From: Eubacteriales bacterium | GTDB taxonomy: Bacteria; Bacillota; Clostridia; Oscillospirales; CAG-272 | NCBI GenBank assembly: GCA_045587025.1 | Contig: JAZNBK010000059.1 | Location: 20 to 64,019 of the forward strand | Length of the DNA: 64,000 nt | Direction: 5' to 3' | Shown: piece after piece, positions 20,577-29,421 of the stretch | How the letters are laid out: each line of letters starts with the position of its first letter | Numbering within the stretch: the stretch's first letter is position 1 | Translations under genes and position numbers: made by a program | The notes under the pieces: generated by a model | Told to the model about the DNA's origin: nothing | What the model saw: the letters and a program-made list of their open reading frames with translations, nothing else | Database searches by the model: none

Positions 20577-21524
20577 ATGATTAAAATAGAGCATCTCACG
20601 AAAAGATACGGCTCAAACTACGCCTTAGACGACGTCTCGCTCGAAATAAAAGAGGGGGAGATTATAGGTCTTTTAGGGCCGAACGGAGCAGGAAAAAGCA
20701 CGGCGATGAACATTTTGACGGGCTACCTGTCCGCCTCGGCAGGGAGCGTTTCAATATCGGGAATAGATATTCTCGAAAATCCCGTTGAGGCAAAAAAGAA
20801 GATAGGATATCTCCCCGAGCAACCGCCTCTTTATCTTGAAATGACGGTCGAGGAATATCTGAATTTCGTTTTCGACCTCAAAAAATGCGCGCTTGACAGA
20901 AAGAAGCACATCGAAGAGGTCTGCGAGACGGTAAAGCTGACCGACGTATATAAACGTCTGATAAAAAATCTTTCAAAGGGATATCGCCAGAGGGTAGGAA
21001 TTGCTCAGGCGATTATCGGAAATCCGCCAGTCATCATCTTTGACGAGCCGACGGTAGGACTTGACCCCAAGCAGATAATAGAGATAAGAAATCTTTTGAG
21101 AATACTCGGCAAAAATTACACCGTTATTTTGAGCACGCATATTCTTTCCGAGGTGCAGGCGGTCTGCGAGAGGGTTATAATTATAGACAAGGGCAAGATT
21201 ATAGCGAACGAGCTTACGAGTGAGATAACCCGCGCTATCGAGGACAACAATTGCTTCCTCGCGAAGATAAGCGGAGAAAAAGGCAAGGTGCTGTCCGTCC
21301 TGAAGGAGAAGAGCGGAATACAAAAGGTTGAATTAGAGGGCGGAAAGGAAAGCGACGCGCTCGTGTATCGCATTGAAAGCGAAAGAGGAGTTGATATAAG
21401 AAAGGCGCTTTTCTATACCTGCGCGGAGAATAATCTTCCGATATTGGAAATTGCGCCTGTCGGCGCAGAGCTTGAGGACGTTTTCTTAAAGCTCGTCGAC
21501 CGCGGCGCTGAAAGAAAAATGTAA
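20577..21524 (+). CDS. ABC transporter ATP-binding protein, ABC-2/GldA-like (315 aa)
   Basis: Start moved to the ATG at 20577 (MIKIEHLTKRYG) after AAAAGGAGAGAG. Walker A GPNGAGKST, signature LSKGYRQRV, Walker B VIIFDEPTVGLD. Confidence 0.9.
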   Translation: MIKIEHLTKRYGSNYALDDVSLEIKEGEIIGLLGPNGAGKSTAMNILTGYLSASAGSVSISGIDILENPVEAKKKIGYLPEQPPLYLEMTVEEYLNFVFDLKKCALDRKKHIEEVCETVKLTDVYKRLIKNLSKGYRQRVGIAQAIIGNPPVIIFDEPTVGLDPKQIIEIRNLLRILGKNYTVILSTHILSEVQAVCERVIIIDKGKIIANELTSEITRAIEDNNCFLAKISGEKGKVLSVLKEKSGIQKVELEGGKESDALVYRIESERGVDIRKALFYTCAENNLPILEIAPVGAELEDVFLKLVDRGAERKM

Positions 21525-21540
21525 TTAGGGGGAAAAAAGA

Positions 21541-22245
21541 ATGTTAGCAATTTATAAAAGAGAGATAAGGTCGTATTTTACTACGCCTATAGGATATATT
21601 TTTGCATCGGTTTTCCTCGCGATAAGCGGAGCTATCTTCTGCTACACGACCTTCTTTTCGTTATCTGCGGACGTAACTCCGTATTTCACCTATCTTAGCT
21701 TCGTTTTCGTCGTGCTTCTTCCGCTTTTGACTATGAAGCTGTTCAGCGAGGAAAGAAAGCAGAGAACCGAGCAGCTTTTGCTCACCGCCCCCGTTTCCGT
21801 CTACTCTATGGTAGGCGCGAAGTTTTTGGCGGCTTATACGATATTTGCATCCTGTATGCTTATATCCTCTCTGCAAATTCTCATTCTGTACGCCTACGCA
21901 GACGTAAAAACTCCTATAGTTTTGGGAAATCTTTTCGCCTCGCTTCTCGTCGGAATGGCGTTTATAGCGGTTGGCGTGTTCGTTTCGGCTCTCACCGAAA
22001 ACCAGCTCGCGTCTGCTGTGGGAACTATCGGAATTTTGCTTTTGTTTATGGTGATAAGCTTGCTTAATTCCTTCATTCCCGTATATTTCATTCGCTTTAT
22101 CCTGAGAAGCGTTTCTGTTCTTTCAAGACAGGCGAATTTCGCGCAGGGCGTGTTTGATATACCTGCCCTTATCTATTATTTATCTATCGCGTTCGTTTTT
22201 CTTTTCCTTACCGCGCGTGTTTACGACAAGCGCCGCTATAATTGA
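21541..22245 (+). CDS. ABC-2 type permease, GldF-like (234 aa)
   Basis: MLAIYKREIRSYFTTPIGYIF... with six hydrophobic helices. Starts 17 nt after the ATPase gene. Confidence 0.8.
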   Translation: MLAIYKREIRSYFTTPIGYIFASVFLAISGAIFCYTTFFSLSADVTPYFTYLSFVFVVLLPLLTMKLFSEERKQRTEQLLLTAPVSVYSMVGAKFLAAYTIFASCMLISSLQILILYAYADVKTPIVLGNLFASLLVGMAFIAVGVFVSALTENQLASAVGTIGILLLFMVISLLNSFIPVYFIRFILRSVSVLSRQANFAQGVFDIPALIYYLSIAFVFLFLTARVYDKRRYN

Positions 22246-22259
22246 AAAGGGGAAAAGAA

Positions 22260-23717
22260 ATGGAAATAAAACGTAAAAGCGCCCGCGCGCGAGAATATAC
22301 GAGAATAGGCGCAGCGTTTACGGCAGCCGTCGTGTGCCTTATCGCTATTCTTAATATCATTATTTTTGCGCTCGGCTCAAAATACAAGTGGTACTTCTTT
22401 GAAAAAGAGAATTATCAGCATACTGTAAGTAACGCCTCCACCGAGCTTTTTTTGGGCGGGGAGGAGCAGACCGAGATTATCTTCTGTATGGAAAAGGAAG
22501 AGATAGAAGCGGATATAATCTGTAATCTCGTTTGGCAAACTGCGAATCAGCTCGCAGAAAGACACGACTTTATAGAGATAAGCAACGTAAATATTTATTT
22601 ACAGCCGAAGAAGCTTTCGAAATATAAATACACGGTAGATGAAAACGGCAACGAGGTACAAAGTGCGGTTATAAATAAGGAAACCGTGATTATAGCAAGC
22701 GGAGAAAATTACAGGGTTTTAACCCTTTCCGACTTCTTTATACTTAACGCAAGCGGAGCCATCACCTCGTATAACGGCGAGGAGGTTATGCTTTCCATGC
22801 TCTCCTGGGTGCAGCGAGACACGCACCCCATTGCGTATTTTACAAACACGCACGGCGAGAACACGTCGTCGCTGCTTGCGTTCTATAACGTGCTTATAAA
22901 TTCGGGATACGACGTGAGAACGATAGACCTCTTTTCCGAAAAAATAGACGAAAACGCAGAGCTTATCATTATGTCGAACCCAATCTACGATATAGAGCGA
23001 GCGGCTGACGGCTCGGGAATAATTTCAGAAGCAGAGCAGCTTTCTGCTTTCCTTTCGAGAGGCGGAACGCTTTTCGTAGGTCTTGACCCTTATATTAAGT
23101 CGGAGCTGACACAGCTCAGAGCGTTTCTTTCCGAATGGGGAATGAAAACCGACGCTTCTATTATTATGGACAGCGAGAACGCAATATCACACGACGGCTA
23201 CACCTTAGTGACGAAATATGCGGACAGCGAGCTTGGACGTGAGATATATTCAGAGGTTGAGAGATATAATAACTCTTATACGATAGTAAAGGACGCATCT
23301 CCCATAATTCTCGAAAAGGGAGAAAAGGCGCAGGCGAGCGCAATTCTCACCGCCTACCCCTCGGCAAAAGCGTATAAGAACGGAAAGCTAAGCTCGGACG
23401 AGGGCAGCTTCGTTTTACTCGCAATGGCGCAAAGCGGAGAAGGAAAGGTAATTTTATCATCCGGCGCATATCTCGTTGCAAACGACGTATTAAATTCACA
23501 GGTCTACTCGAACAGAGAGCTTTTGTTTACGCTTCTGGAGCAAGCCGGCTGTGACTATACTACGAAGGGAGCAAACGCTCTGCCTATCGGGAACAATATG
23601 CTTGAAGGGCTTACCACGAGGGTGAGCGACCTCTACGCTACGTTACTTATACTGATTATCCCGCTTGCTGTCGGGGCTTGCGCCTTCGTCGTTATGACAA
23701 AGAGAAAAAACCGATAA
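22260..23717 (+). CDS. GldG-like ABC-transporter auxiliary protein, paralogue 1 (485 aa)
   Basis: N- and C-terminal TM anchors (AAFTAAVVCLIAILNIIIFAL; LLILIIPLAVGACAFVVM). Central domain has the GldG-type landmarks HPIAYFTNTHGEN and ELIIMSNP. ATG 22260 after AAAGGGGAAAAG; a TTG at 22242 is possible. Confidence 0.7.
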   Translation: MEIKRKSARAREYTRIGAAFTAAVVCLIAILNIIIFALGSKYKWYFFEKENYQHTVSNASTELFLGGEEQTEIIFCMEKEEIEADIICNLVWQTANQLAERHDFIEISNVNIYLQPKKLSKYKYTVDENGNEVQSAVINKETVIIASGENYRVLTLSDFFILNASGAITSYNGEEVMLSMLSWVQRDTHPIAYFTNTHGENTSSLLAFYNVLINSGYDVRTIDLFSEKIDENAELIIMSNPIYDIERAADGSGIISEAEQLSAFLSRGGTLFVGLDPYIKSELTQLRAFLSEWGMKTDASIIMDSENAISHDGYTLVTKYADSELGREIYSEVERYNNSYTIVKDASPIILEKGEKAQASAILTAYPSAKAYKNGKLSSDEGSFVLLAMAQSGEGKVILSSGAYLVANDVLNSQVYSNRELLFTLLEQAGCDYTTKGANALPIGNNMLEGLTTRVSDLYATLLILIIPLAVGACAFVVMTKRKNR

Positions 23718-23737
23718 TTTCTCGGAAGGAAACAGAT

Positions 23738-25375
23738 ATGAGAAAGATACAGAAAAACAACCGACTGCAAAAAAAGAATCTACTGCTTTCTTTGATTGCT
23801 TTTGCCGTCGTTGCGGTCTTGCTTCTGATAAACATAGGGCTTGACGCGCTTTTCATCGAAAAAAACGTATATATAGATATGACCGACGAGAAGCTTTATA
23901 CTCTTTCGGACGAGCTCAAGGCGGAGATAGGAGATATAAAGAAGGAGATAACTATTACCTTCTGTAACGATAAGGACTATCTTCTTTCCGATTATGAAAC
24001 AAGATACGTTTACGTCATGGCGAAGGAAATCGAAAAATATTTGGACAACGTCGAGGTCGTGACGGTGAATATCGACAAGAACCCGACGGCAGTTCAAAAA
24101 TACCGTACCACGTCGGCGACGAAAATCAGAAAGAACGACGTTATAGTGAGCTGCGGAGAGAGATTCCGTATAATAGGAGCGCCTTCATTTTGGAGCTACG
24201 ATTCCAACGGCGGATATTGGGCGTTTAACGGAGAGTATAAAATTGCAAACGTTCTTTTGTCGCTCTCCGCGCACGATAACCCCACCGCCTATTTCACGGT
24301 AGGGCACGGCGAGAAGGTCTACGACCCTGAAAATCCCGAGAGCGAGGAAAGCCGCGAGAGCTATGGGCTTTACCGTATTCTGCTCGACAGCGGACTTACC
24401 GTAAAGACGATAAACTTAGACGAAGAGGACATTCCAAGCGACTGTACTCTGCTTATAATGAATGCGCCGACCGAGGATTATGTAGCCGATAGAAACGGAG
24501 AGCTTGATAAGGAAAGCTACTACTATGTAAACTATACTTCACCTATCGAAAAGATAGACAGATATATGGACGAGGTCGGCTCGGTCATGATATTTACAAA
24601 TCCGTTTACAGTTCTTCCTACCCTTGAAGAATATCTGCTTGAATGGGGAATGAAGGTAGAACATTTACAGGTTAAGGACAGAAGAAACGAGGAAATGGAT
24701 GCAGACCTTATTTCAGTTCGTTTTCCCGACGCGCAGGAAGCGCCCCTCGGTAGCTCGCTGTATAGCGAAATTATAAATCTGAGCAGTCCGCCGAGGGTAG
24801 TCGTTAAGGACAGCGGATATATAAGTCGGGCGTGGGATAACGACGAGATGATGTATTCTCCCCACCTTTCCGCAATGTATTCTCCCGTTTTCCTTTCCTC
24901 AGAAGAGGCGAGGGCGTATAACGGGGAGGGGCTCGTTTCGGATGTCGGCGGCGGATATCATCTCGGCGCCGTTACCGCAAAGGTAAAGACGCAGGAGGTC
25001 TCGCACTACTATTCGTATATGTTCGTCGGGGCGAGTAGCTCTCTTTGCTCATCCGAGCAGCTGCAAAACGGAACTTATGCGAACTACGACCTTCTTTTCT
25101 CGACCGTGAGAACGCTCTCGCGTACCGACGTTTATGCGAGCGATTCGCTCGGAGCGCTTTCGATGAACACCGCAAATTACGGCGGAAAGATATTGGTAAG
25201 CGACGCAATGTCCTTGGTCGAGAGAGAAATCTACGAAAACCAAAAGGTAGTTAAAACGTATAGCGCCATGAGCGCGAAGAAGGCGGCTATATTTACCGCG
25301 CTTTGCCTTGCTTTGCCGATATTGATACTGCCTTTTGCGTGCATCTACGTTTATATAAAGAGAAAATACAGGTAA
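23738..25375 (+). CDS. GldG-like ABC-transporter auxiliary protein, paralogue 2 (545 aa)
   Basis: Start at ATG 23738 (MRKIQKNNRLQKKN...) after GGAAGGAAAC. N- and C-terminal TM anchors. NPTAYFTVGHGEKVYDP and TLLIMNAPTEDY match the GldG / ABC_transp_aux pattern. Confidence 0.75.
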   Translation: MRKIQKNNRLQKKNLLLSLIAFAVVAVLLLINIGLDALFIEKNVYIDMTDEKLYTLSDELKAEIGDIKKEITITFCNDKDYLLSDYETRYVYVMAKEIEKYLDNVEVVTVNIDKNPTAVQKYRTTSATKIRKNDVIVSCGERFRIIGAPSFWSYDSNGGYWAFNGEYKIANVLLSLSAHDNPTAYFTVGHGEKVYDPENPESEESRESYGLYRILLDSGLTVKTINLDEEDIPSDCTLLIMNAPTEDYVADRNGELDKESYYYVNYTSPIEKIDRYMDEVGSVMIFTNPFTVLPTLEEYLLEWGMKVEHLQVKDRRNEEMDADLISVRFPDAQEAPLGSSLYSEIINLSSPPRVVVKDSGYISRAWDNDEMMYSPHLSAMYSPVFLSSEEARAYNGEGLVSDVGGGYHLGAVTAKVKTQEVSHYYSYMFVGASSSLCSSEQLQNGTYANYDLLFSTVRTLSRTDVYASDSLGALSMNTANYGGKILVSDAMSLVEREIYENQKVVKTYSAMSAKKAAIFTALCLALPILILPFACIYVYIKRKYR

Positions 25376-25385
25376 AGGGGGACGA

Positions 25386-27242
25386 GTGAAAATGAAAAAA
25401 CAAAAAAAGCTGACGCTTATACTTGCTCTCGCCTTTGCGCTATTATTGTTGCTTTATTTCTGCGTCGTTATGCCGCTCGTGAATAAAGAAGAGCCGCCAC
25501 CGCCGCCGCTTGACGTGGACGAGGGCGAGGGCTTGTATCACAACATTCGCCTGCTCTATGAAAATATAGACAGAGTTGATATCGAGAGCATAACGCTGCA
25601 TAACGATACTGCCGATTATTCCTTTATAAGAAAGGACCCGGAAAAGAAAAATTCCGACTTTATTATAAAAGAGGGGGAGAATATTTACTATCTTCCCGAA
25701 TATGACTATGAAAAAATTTCCGAGATAGTCGTTGCGGCAGGCACTACCTACGTAAGAGAGAAAATAATAAACGGCGAGGTGAGCGAGGAGGTTTTTGCCG
25801 AATACGGACTTTCCCTTGCCGAAAATCCCGCATATTTTGTGCTTAAAACCTTTGACGGAAGGACCGAGAAGGTTTATATAGGCGAAAAGACGATAACCGA
25901 CGGCGGATATTATCTTCGCAGAGAGGGCGTGGATGCGGTTTACGTCAGTCAAAGCGTGAATATCGGAGATGCGGTATTGAGAGCGCCTCAGTATTACGTG
26001 AAGCCGCTCTTAACCGCTATCTTCACGACTTACGGTAACTATTATACGAAGGACTTCACCGTTTGGAGTAAAAAGACGGATGAAAACGAGCGCGTGCATA
26101 GAGACGATACCGTTCAGTTCGTGTATTACGAGCTGAAGGAGGACGGCTCCACATCCGAGAAAATGGAGGGAAGCGCAGACCTTCGTGATATGCAGGTCGC
26201 TATAAAGGACGCTTTTGAGGGCAAAAGGATAGGCGACGGCGACTTTACCTTTGTGAGAAAATATGTCGACAATTACGAGGATAAGAATTTAGCGGGCAGA
26301 AGCGTGACATACTATGTAGAAAAGATTATAGGAATTGACCGTCTTGAAATCTGTCTTAATTACATTAACACCGCCGAGCGCTCGCTCTTTTCTGCCGGAG
26401 ATATCTATGCGATAACAGACCCGAGAGATAAGCGGAGCTATACCCCCAACACCGATATGTATATGACGATATTAGATGGCATTGCGGCAATGGAAGGAGC
26501 TGAGACGGTAGCGATAGGCGTTTCTGCCGAAAAGATAGCGGAATACGGTCTCGGCGCATATAAAATCTACTACGAAACACCGCAAACTATAAAGACGGTG
26601 GCAAACTCGAACGACGTGATAACCTCAAATCATATGACTAATATGTTATATGTGAGCGAAAGACAGGAGGACGGAACGTATTTTGTCGGAAGCTTGCTTT
26701 TCGATATTATAGCGAAGGTGGACGCAGAGACGCTCGATTATCTCTCTTGGCCCTTCTCTAAGTGGGTATCGAACAAGCCGTTCAGTATAAATATAAACGA
26801 TATAGCTCTCACTCAATTCAGATTTTCATACGCCGACGCGAATGAAACGCACAGCTTCTATCCGATAACCAATATGCTCGGCGAAAAGAACGGAATAGAC
26901 AGAGTGCTTCACGAGGAGAGCGGGAAAAACGTTTCTGTAAACAATTATAGACAACTCTTTATGGTGCTTCTCACGACCTATTTCTCGGGAGATTACGACG
27001 GAGAAAGGGAAGCGACTGAAATAATTTCAGACAAAGAGGGCTGTATACTTACGCTTGAGATAGAGCTGAAGAACGGGGAAGGACGAGAATGGAAGTTCTA
27101 CCCCTACACCGAAAGAAAGGTTTTGGTTTCTGTTGACGGCGGCGCGTATTTCTATATAAACTCGTCTGAGGTCGAAAAGCTTTACAACGATATTCAGCTT
27201 CTCCTTGACGGAAAAGCTCTCGACTACGAGAAGAAGTATTAA
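25386..27242 (+). CDS. DUF4340-like membrane-anchored protein (618 aa)
   Basis: Single N-terminal TM (LTLILALAFALLLLLYFCVVMPLV) and a large extracytoplasmic region. The position immediately after GldG genes is the usual DUF4340 context. Start could be GTG 25386 or ATG 25392. Confidence 0.6.
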   Translation: MKMKKQKKLTLILALAFALLLLLYFCVVMPLVNKEEPPPPPLDVDEGEGLYHNIRLLYENIDRVDIESITLHNDTADYSFIRKDPEKKNSDFIIKEGENIYYLPEYDYEKISEIVVAAGTTYVREKIINGEVSEEVFAEYGLSLAENPAYFVLKTFDGRTEKVYIGEKTITDGGYYLRREGVDAVYVSQSVNIGDAVLRAPQYYVKPLLTAIFTTYGNYYTKDFTVWSKKTDENERVHRDDTVQFVYYELKEDGSTSEKMEGSADLRDMQVAIKDAFEGKRIGDGDFTFVRKYVDNYEDKNLAGRSVTYYVEKIIGIDRLEICLNYINTAERSLFSAGDIYAITDPRDKRSYTPNTDMYMTILDGIAAMEGAETVAIGVSAEKIAEYGLGAYKIYYETPQTIKTVANSNDVITSNHMTNMLYVSERQEDGTYFVGSLLFDIIAKVDAETLDYLSWPFSKWVSNKPFSININDIALTQFRFSYADANETHSFYPITNMLGEKNGIDRVLHEESGKNVSVNNYRQLFMVLLTTYFSGDYDGEREATEIISDKEGCILTLEIELKNGEGREWKFYPYTERKVLVSVDGGAYFYINSSEVEKLYNDIQLLLDGKALDYEKKY

Positions 27243-27268
27243 AGAGAGCGGCGGAAGATATAAAACTG

Positions 27269-27297
27269 TTGCAATTTTAATAATAATATGATATAAT
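27269..27297 (+). promoter_or_regulatory. Sigma-A type promoter for the first trigger-factor-like lipoprotein gene
   Basis: TTGCAA, a 17-nt spacer, then TGaTATAAT (extended -10). Confidence 0.6.
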
Positions 27298-27354
27298 CAC
27301 AATGTTGATTAAATTCAAAATAAAAAGCAATTCAAAGAAAAAGAGGAAAAACTA

Positions 27355-28926
27355 ATGAAAACAAAAATTTTGAGCGTATTTTTGGCGGCAGTTATGCTTT
27401 TGTCCGTCGTTATGCTTGTCGGATGCGGCAAAAAAAAGTTTGATTATGAAGGCGAGGATTTATCCAAATATATTTCCTACGCAGTCGCCGATTATCGAAA
27501 TCTTCCCATCGAAATAGAGACGAATATAACCGACGACTCGGTTATCGACGCAACTGTCGATAAGCTCGAGGCGTTGAGCGAGACCGATAAAGCGCTCGTG
27601 TTCGCTTCCGACCGCGCGGTAGCGGAAAACGATATCGTCGCTTTGTATTACAGAGGCGTTACCTACGACAGCGAGGGCGTTGAGACGGAATTTACAGGCG
27701 GAACATATCTTGGCGAAGAGAAGCCCTATCTGCTTTGGGTCGGCTCGGATAGCTTCATCCCCGGCTTTGAGGACGCTTTGGTAGGAATCGTTCCTAATGA
27801 AACGTCTGTAACCGAAAGAACCGACGGAACGGTTGCGGCTGACGATATAGTTGTTCTCGACATCTCAGGTCTTTATGACGGAGATGAGGGATATATTAAG
27901 TATGAAAATTTGGCTACGAAGCTTTCTGAAACAACTGCCTTTGAAAAGGCGATAGCAGACGAGCTTGTAGGAGAAAAGGTGGGCGAGAAGCTCATATTTG
28001 ACCTTGACCTTGAAGTAAACGTAAACGGAAAGAAGGAAACGAAGAACGTTACCTTCGCCGCTACCGTTAAAAAGGTGCTTGAGCTTAACGCAAAGAAGAT
28101 ATCCGTTAAGTTCCCTGCGGAATACGACCAATCTCTTGCGGGAAAGGACGCGTATTTCTATATAGTTATCGAAAATCTCGCAACCCTTGACAGCGCAACT
28201 CTTGAAAAGCTCGGATATTCAGGCGAGGGCGAGGATGTTCTCTCTGCTTATAAGGCGAGCGTAAAGGAATCGCTTATTAAGGAGTATGCCGAAAAGCAGG
28301 AAAAGGAAGAAACATTCGCAGATTTGGTAATGGCTACTCTTTGGGACGCGCTTCTTGAAAACATCAGCGTTAACGAATATCCCGCAGGTACTATAGATAG
28401 CTATATCAAGACCGAAAAGAACAATCTCGAATTTGAGTATTACGCATCTCAGGACGCTGCAACCTATCAGGCGCAGTACGATACCCTTGAGGATTACGCA
28501 AAGGCGAAGTACGGCGAGACCGATTATGACGCTGTAATCGAGGAGAACGCAAAGGCGTTCGTTAAGGGCAAGCTTGCTCTCTACGCAATGGCGAAGGCAG
28601 AGGGCGTAGCGGACGTCAGCAGCGCAGAGAAGAAGGAAATGAAGGAAGAATTGATAGTTCAGTACGAGGAGTATTACAATCAGATGTACTCTCTCTATAA
28701 CAGCATCTTCGGCTACGGCTATTCCGAGAGCGACTTGAAGGCGCTTGCAAAGAACGCAGCAGAATCGACAGTTCAGTCGATGAACGACACCTATCTGACC
28801 GAGGCGACCATTAAAAACAAGCTTTTGGAAAAGCTTTACGCAGAGTATAACACCGCATTTGACGGCGGCTTGATTAACTGGGTGAGCGCAGACGAGGCGC
28901 AGGAAGAAGTAGAGGAACAAGAATAA
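27355..28926 (+). CDS. Lipoprotein with trigger-factor-like FKBP PPIase and C-terminal chaperone domains, paralogue 1 (523 aa)
   Basis: Signal peptide plus lipobox ([11 protein letters not shown]). [11 protein letters not shown]...[15 protein letters not shown]...[25 protein letters not shown] follows the trigger-factor PPIase motif order (GD.V.idf.G..dG..F.GG...lG.g.fIPGFE..l.G...FP.dY....LaGk.A.F.v.v). No ribosome-binding N-domain. Acidic tail. Confidence 0.7.
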   Translation: MKTKILSVFLAAVMLLSVVMLVGCGKKKFDYEGEDLSKYISYAVADYRNLPIEIETNITDDSVIDATVDKLEALSETDKALVFASDRAVAENDIVALYYRGVTYDSEGVETEFTGGTYLGEEKPYLLWVGSDSFIPGFEDALVGIVPNETSVTERTDGTVAADDIVVLDISGLYDGDEGYIKYENLATKLSETTAFEKAIADELVGEKVGEKLIFDLDLEVNVNGKKETKNVTFAATVKKVLELNAKKISVKFPAEYDQSLAGKDAYFYIVIENLATLDSATLEKLGYSGEGEDVLSAYKASVKESLIKEYAEKQEKEETFADLVMATLWDALLENISVNEYPAGTIDSYIKTEKNNLEFEYYASQDAATYQAQYDTLEDYAKAKYGETDYDAVIEENAKAFVKGKLALYAMAKAEGVADVSSAEKKEMKEELIVQYEEYYNQMYSLYNSIFGYGYSESDLKALAKNAAESTVQSMNDTYLTEATIKNKLLEKLYAEYNTAFDGGLINWVSADEAQEEVEEQE

Positions 28927-28942
28927 ATATCATATAAGGGCG

Positions 28943-29386
28943 GTGCTTTGGGTGAAGAAGGTATCAATTTATACCGACGGCGCGTGCCGAGGTAACCCGG
29001 GCGCCGGCGGCTGGGGAGCCATTCTGGTTTACGGAAAAGCAGAAAAGGAGCTTTCGGGCGGCGAGGCGCAGACCACGAACAACCGAATGGAGCTAACCGC
29101 GGCGATAGAGGGGCTTTCCGCCCTGCGTGAGCCGTGCGAGGTTACACTTTATTCCGATTCTAAATATATGGTAGACGCCATCAATCTCGGCTGGGCAGAG
29201 GGGTGGCAGAAAAGCAACTGGAAAAAGGGAAAGGCGAAGAACCCGGATTTGTGGGAAAAGCTTTTAGCCCTGCTCGGCAAACATAAGGTTACAGTCCTTT
29301 GGGTAAAGGGACATAACGGTCATGAGTACAACGAGCGCTGCGATGCACTTGCTACGTCCAAGGCAGATTTATACAAGGCAGAATAA
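28943..29386 (+). CDS. rnhA: Ribonuclease HI (147 aa)
   Basis: [64 protein letters not shown] (DEDD catalytic set). GTG start at 28943 or 28952. Confidence 0.9.
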   Translation: MLWVKKVSIYTDGACRGNPGAGGWGAILVYGKAEKELSGGEAQTTNNRMELTAAIEGLSALREPCEVTLYSDSKYMVDAINLGWAEGWQKSNWKKGKAKNPDLWEKLLALLGKHKVTVLWVKGHNGHEYNERCDALATSKADLYKAE

Positions 29387-29421
29387 GCGCTTTTGCACAA
29401 TACATTTAGGAGAAAAAAACA

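Noticed and set aside
20577-27242. Calling the ABC/GldG cluster a gliding-motility system
   Set aside because: No other gld/spr genes are present. The organism has Firmicute hallmarks (spoVA, Gram-positive lipoboxes, the dnaA-dnaN-recF-gyrBA layout). Only the family resemblance is retained; the function is left open.
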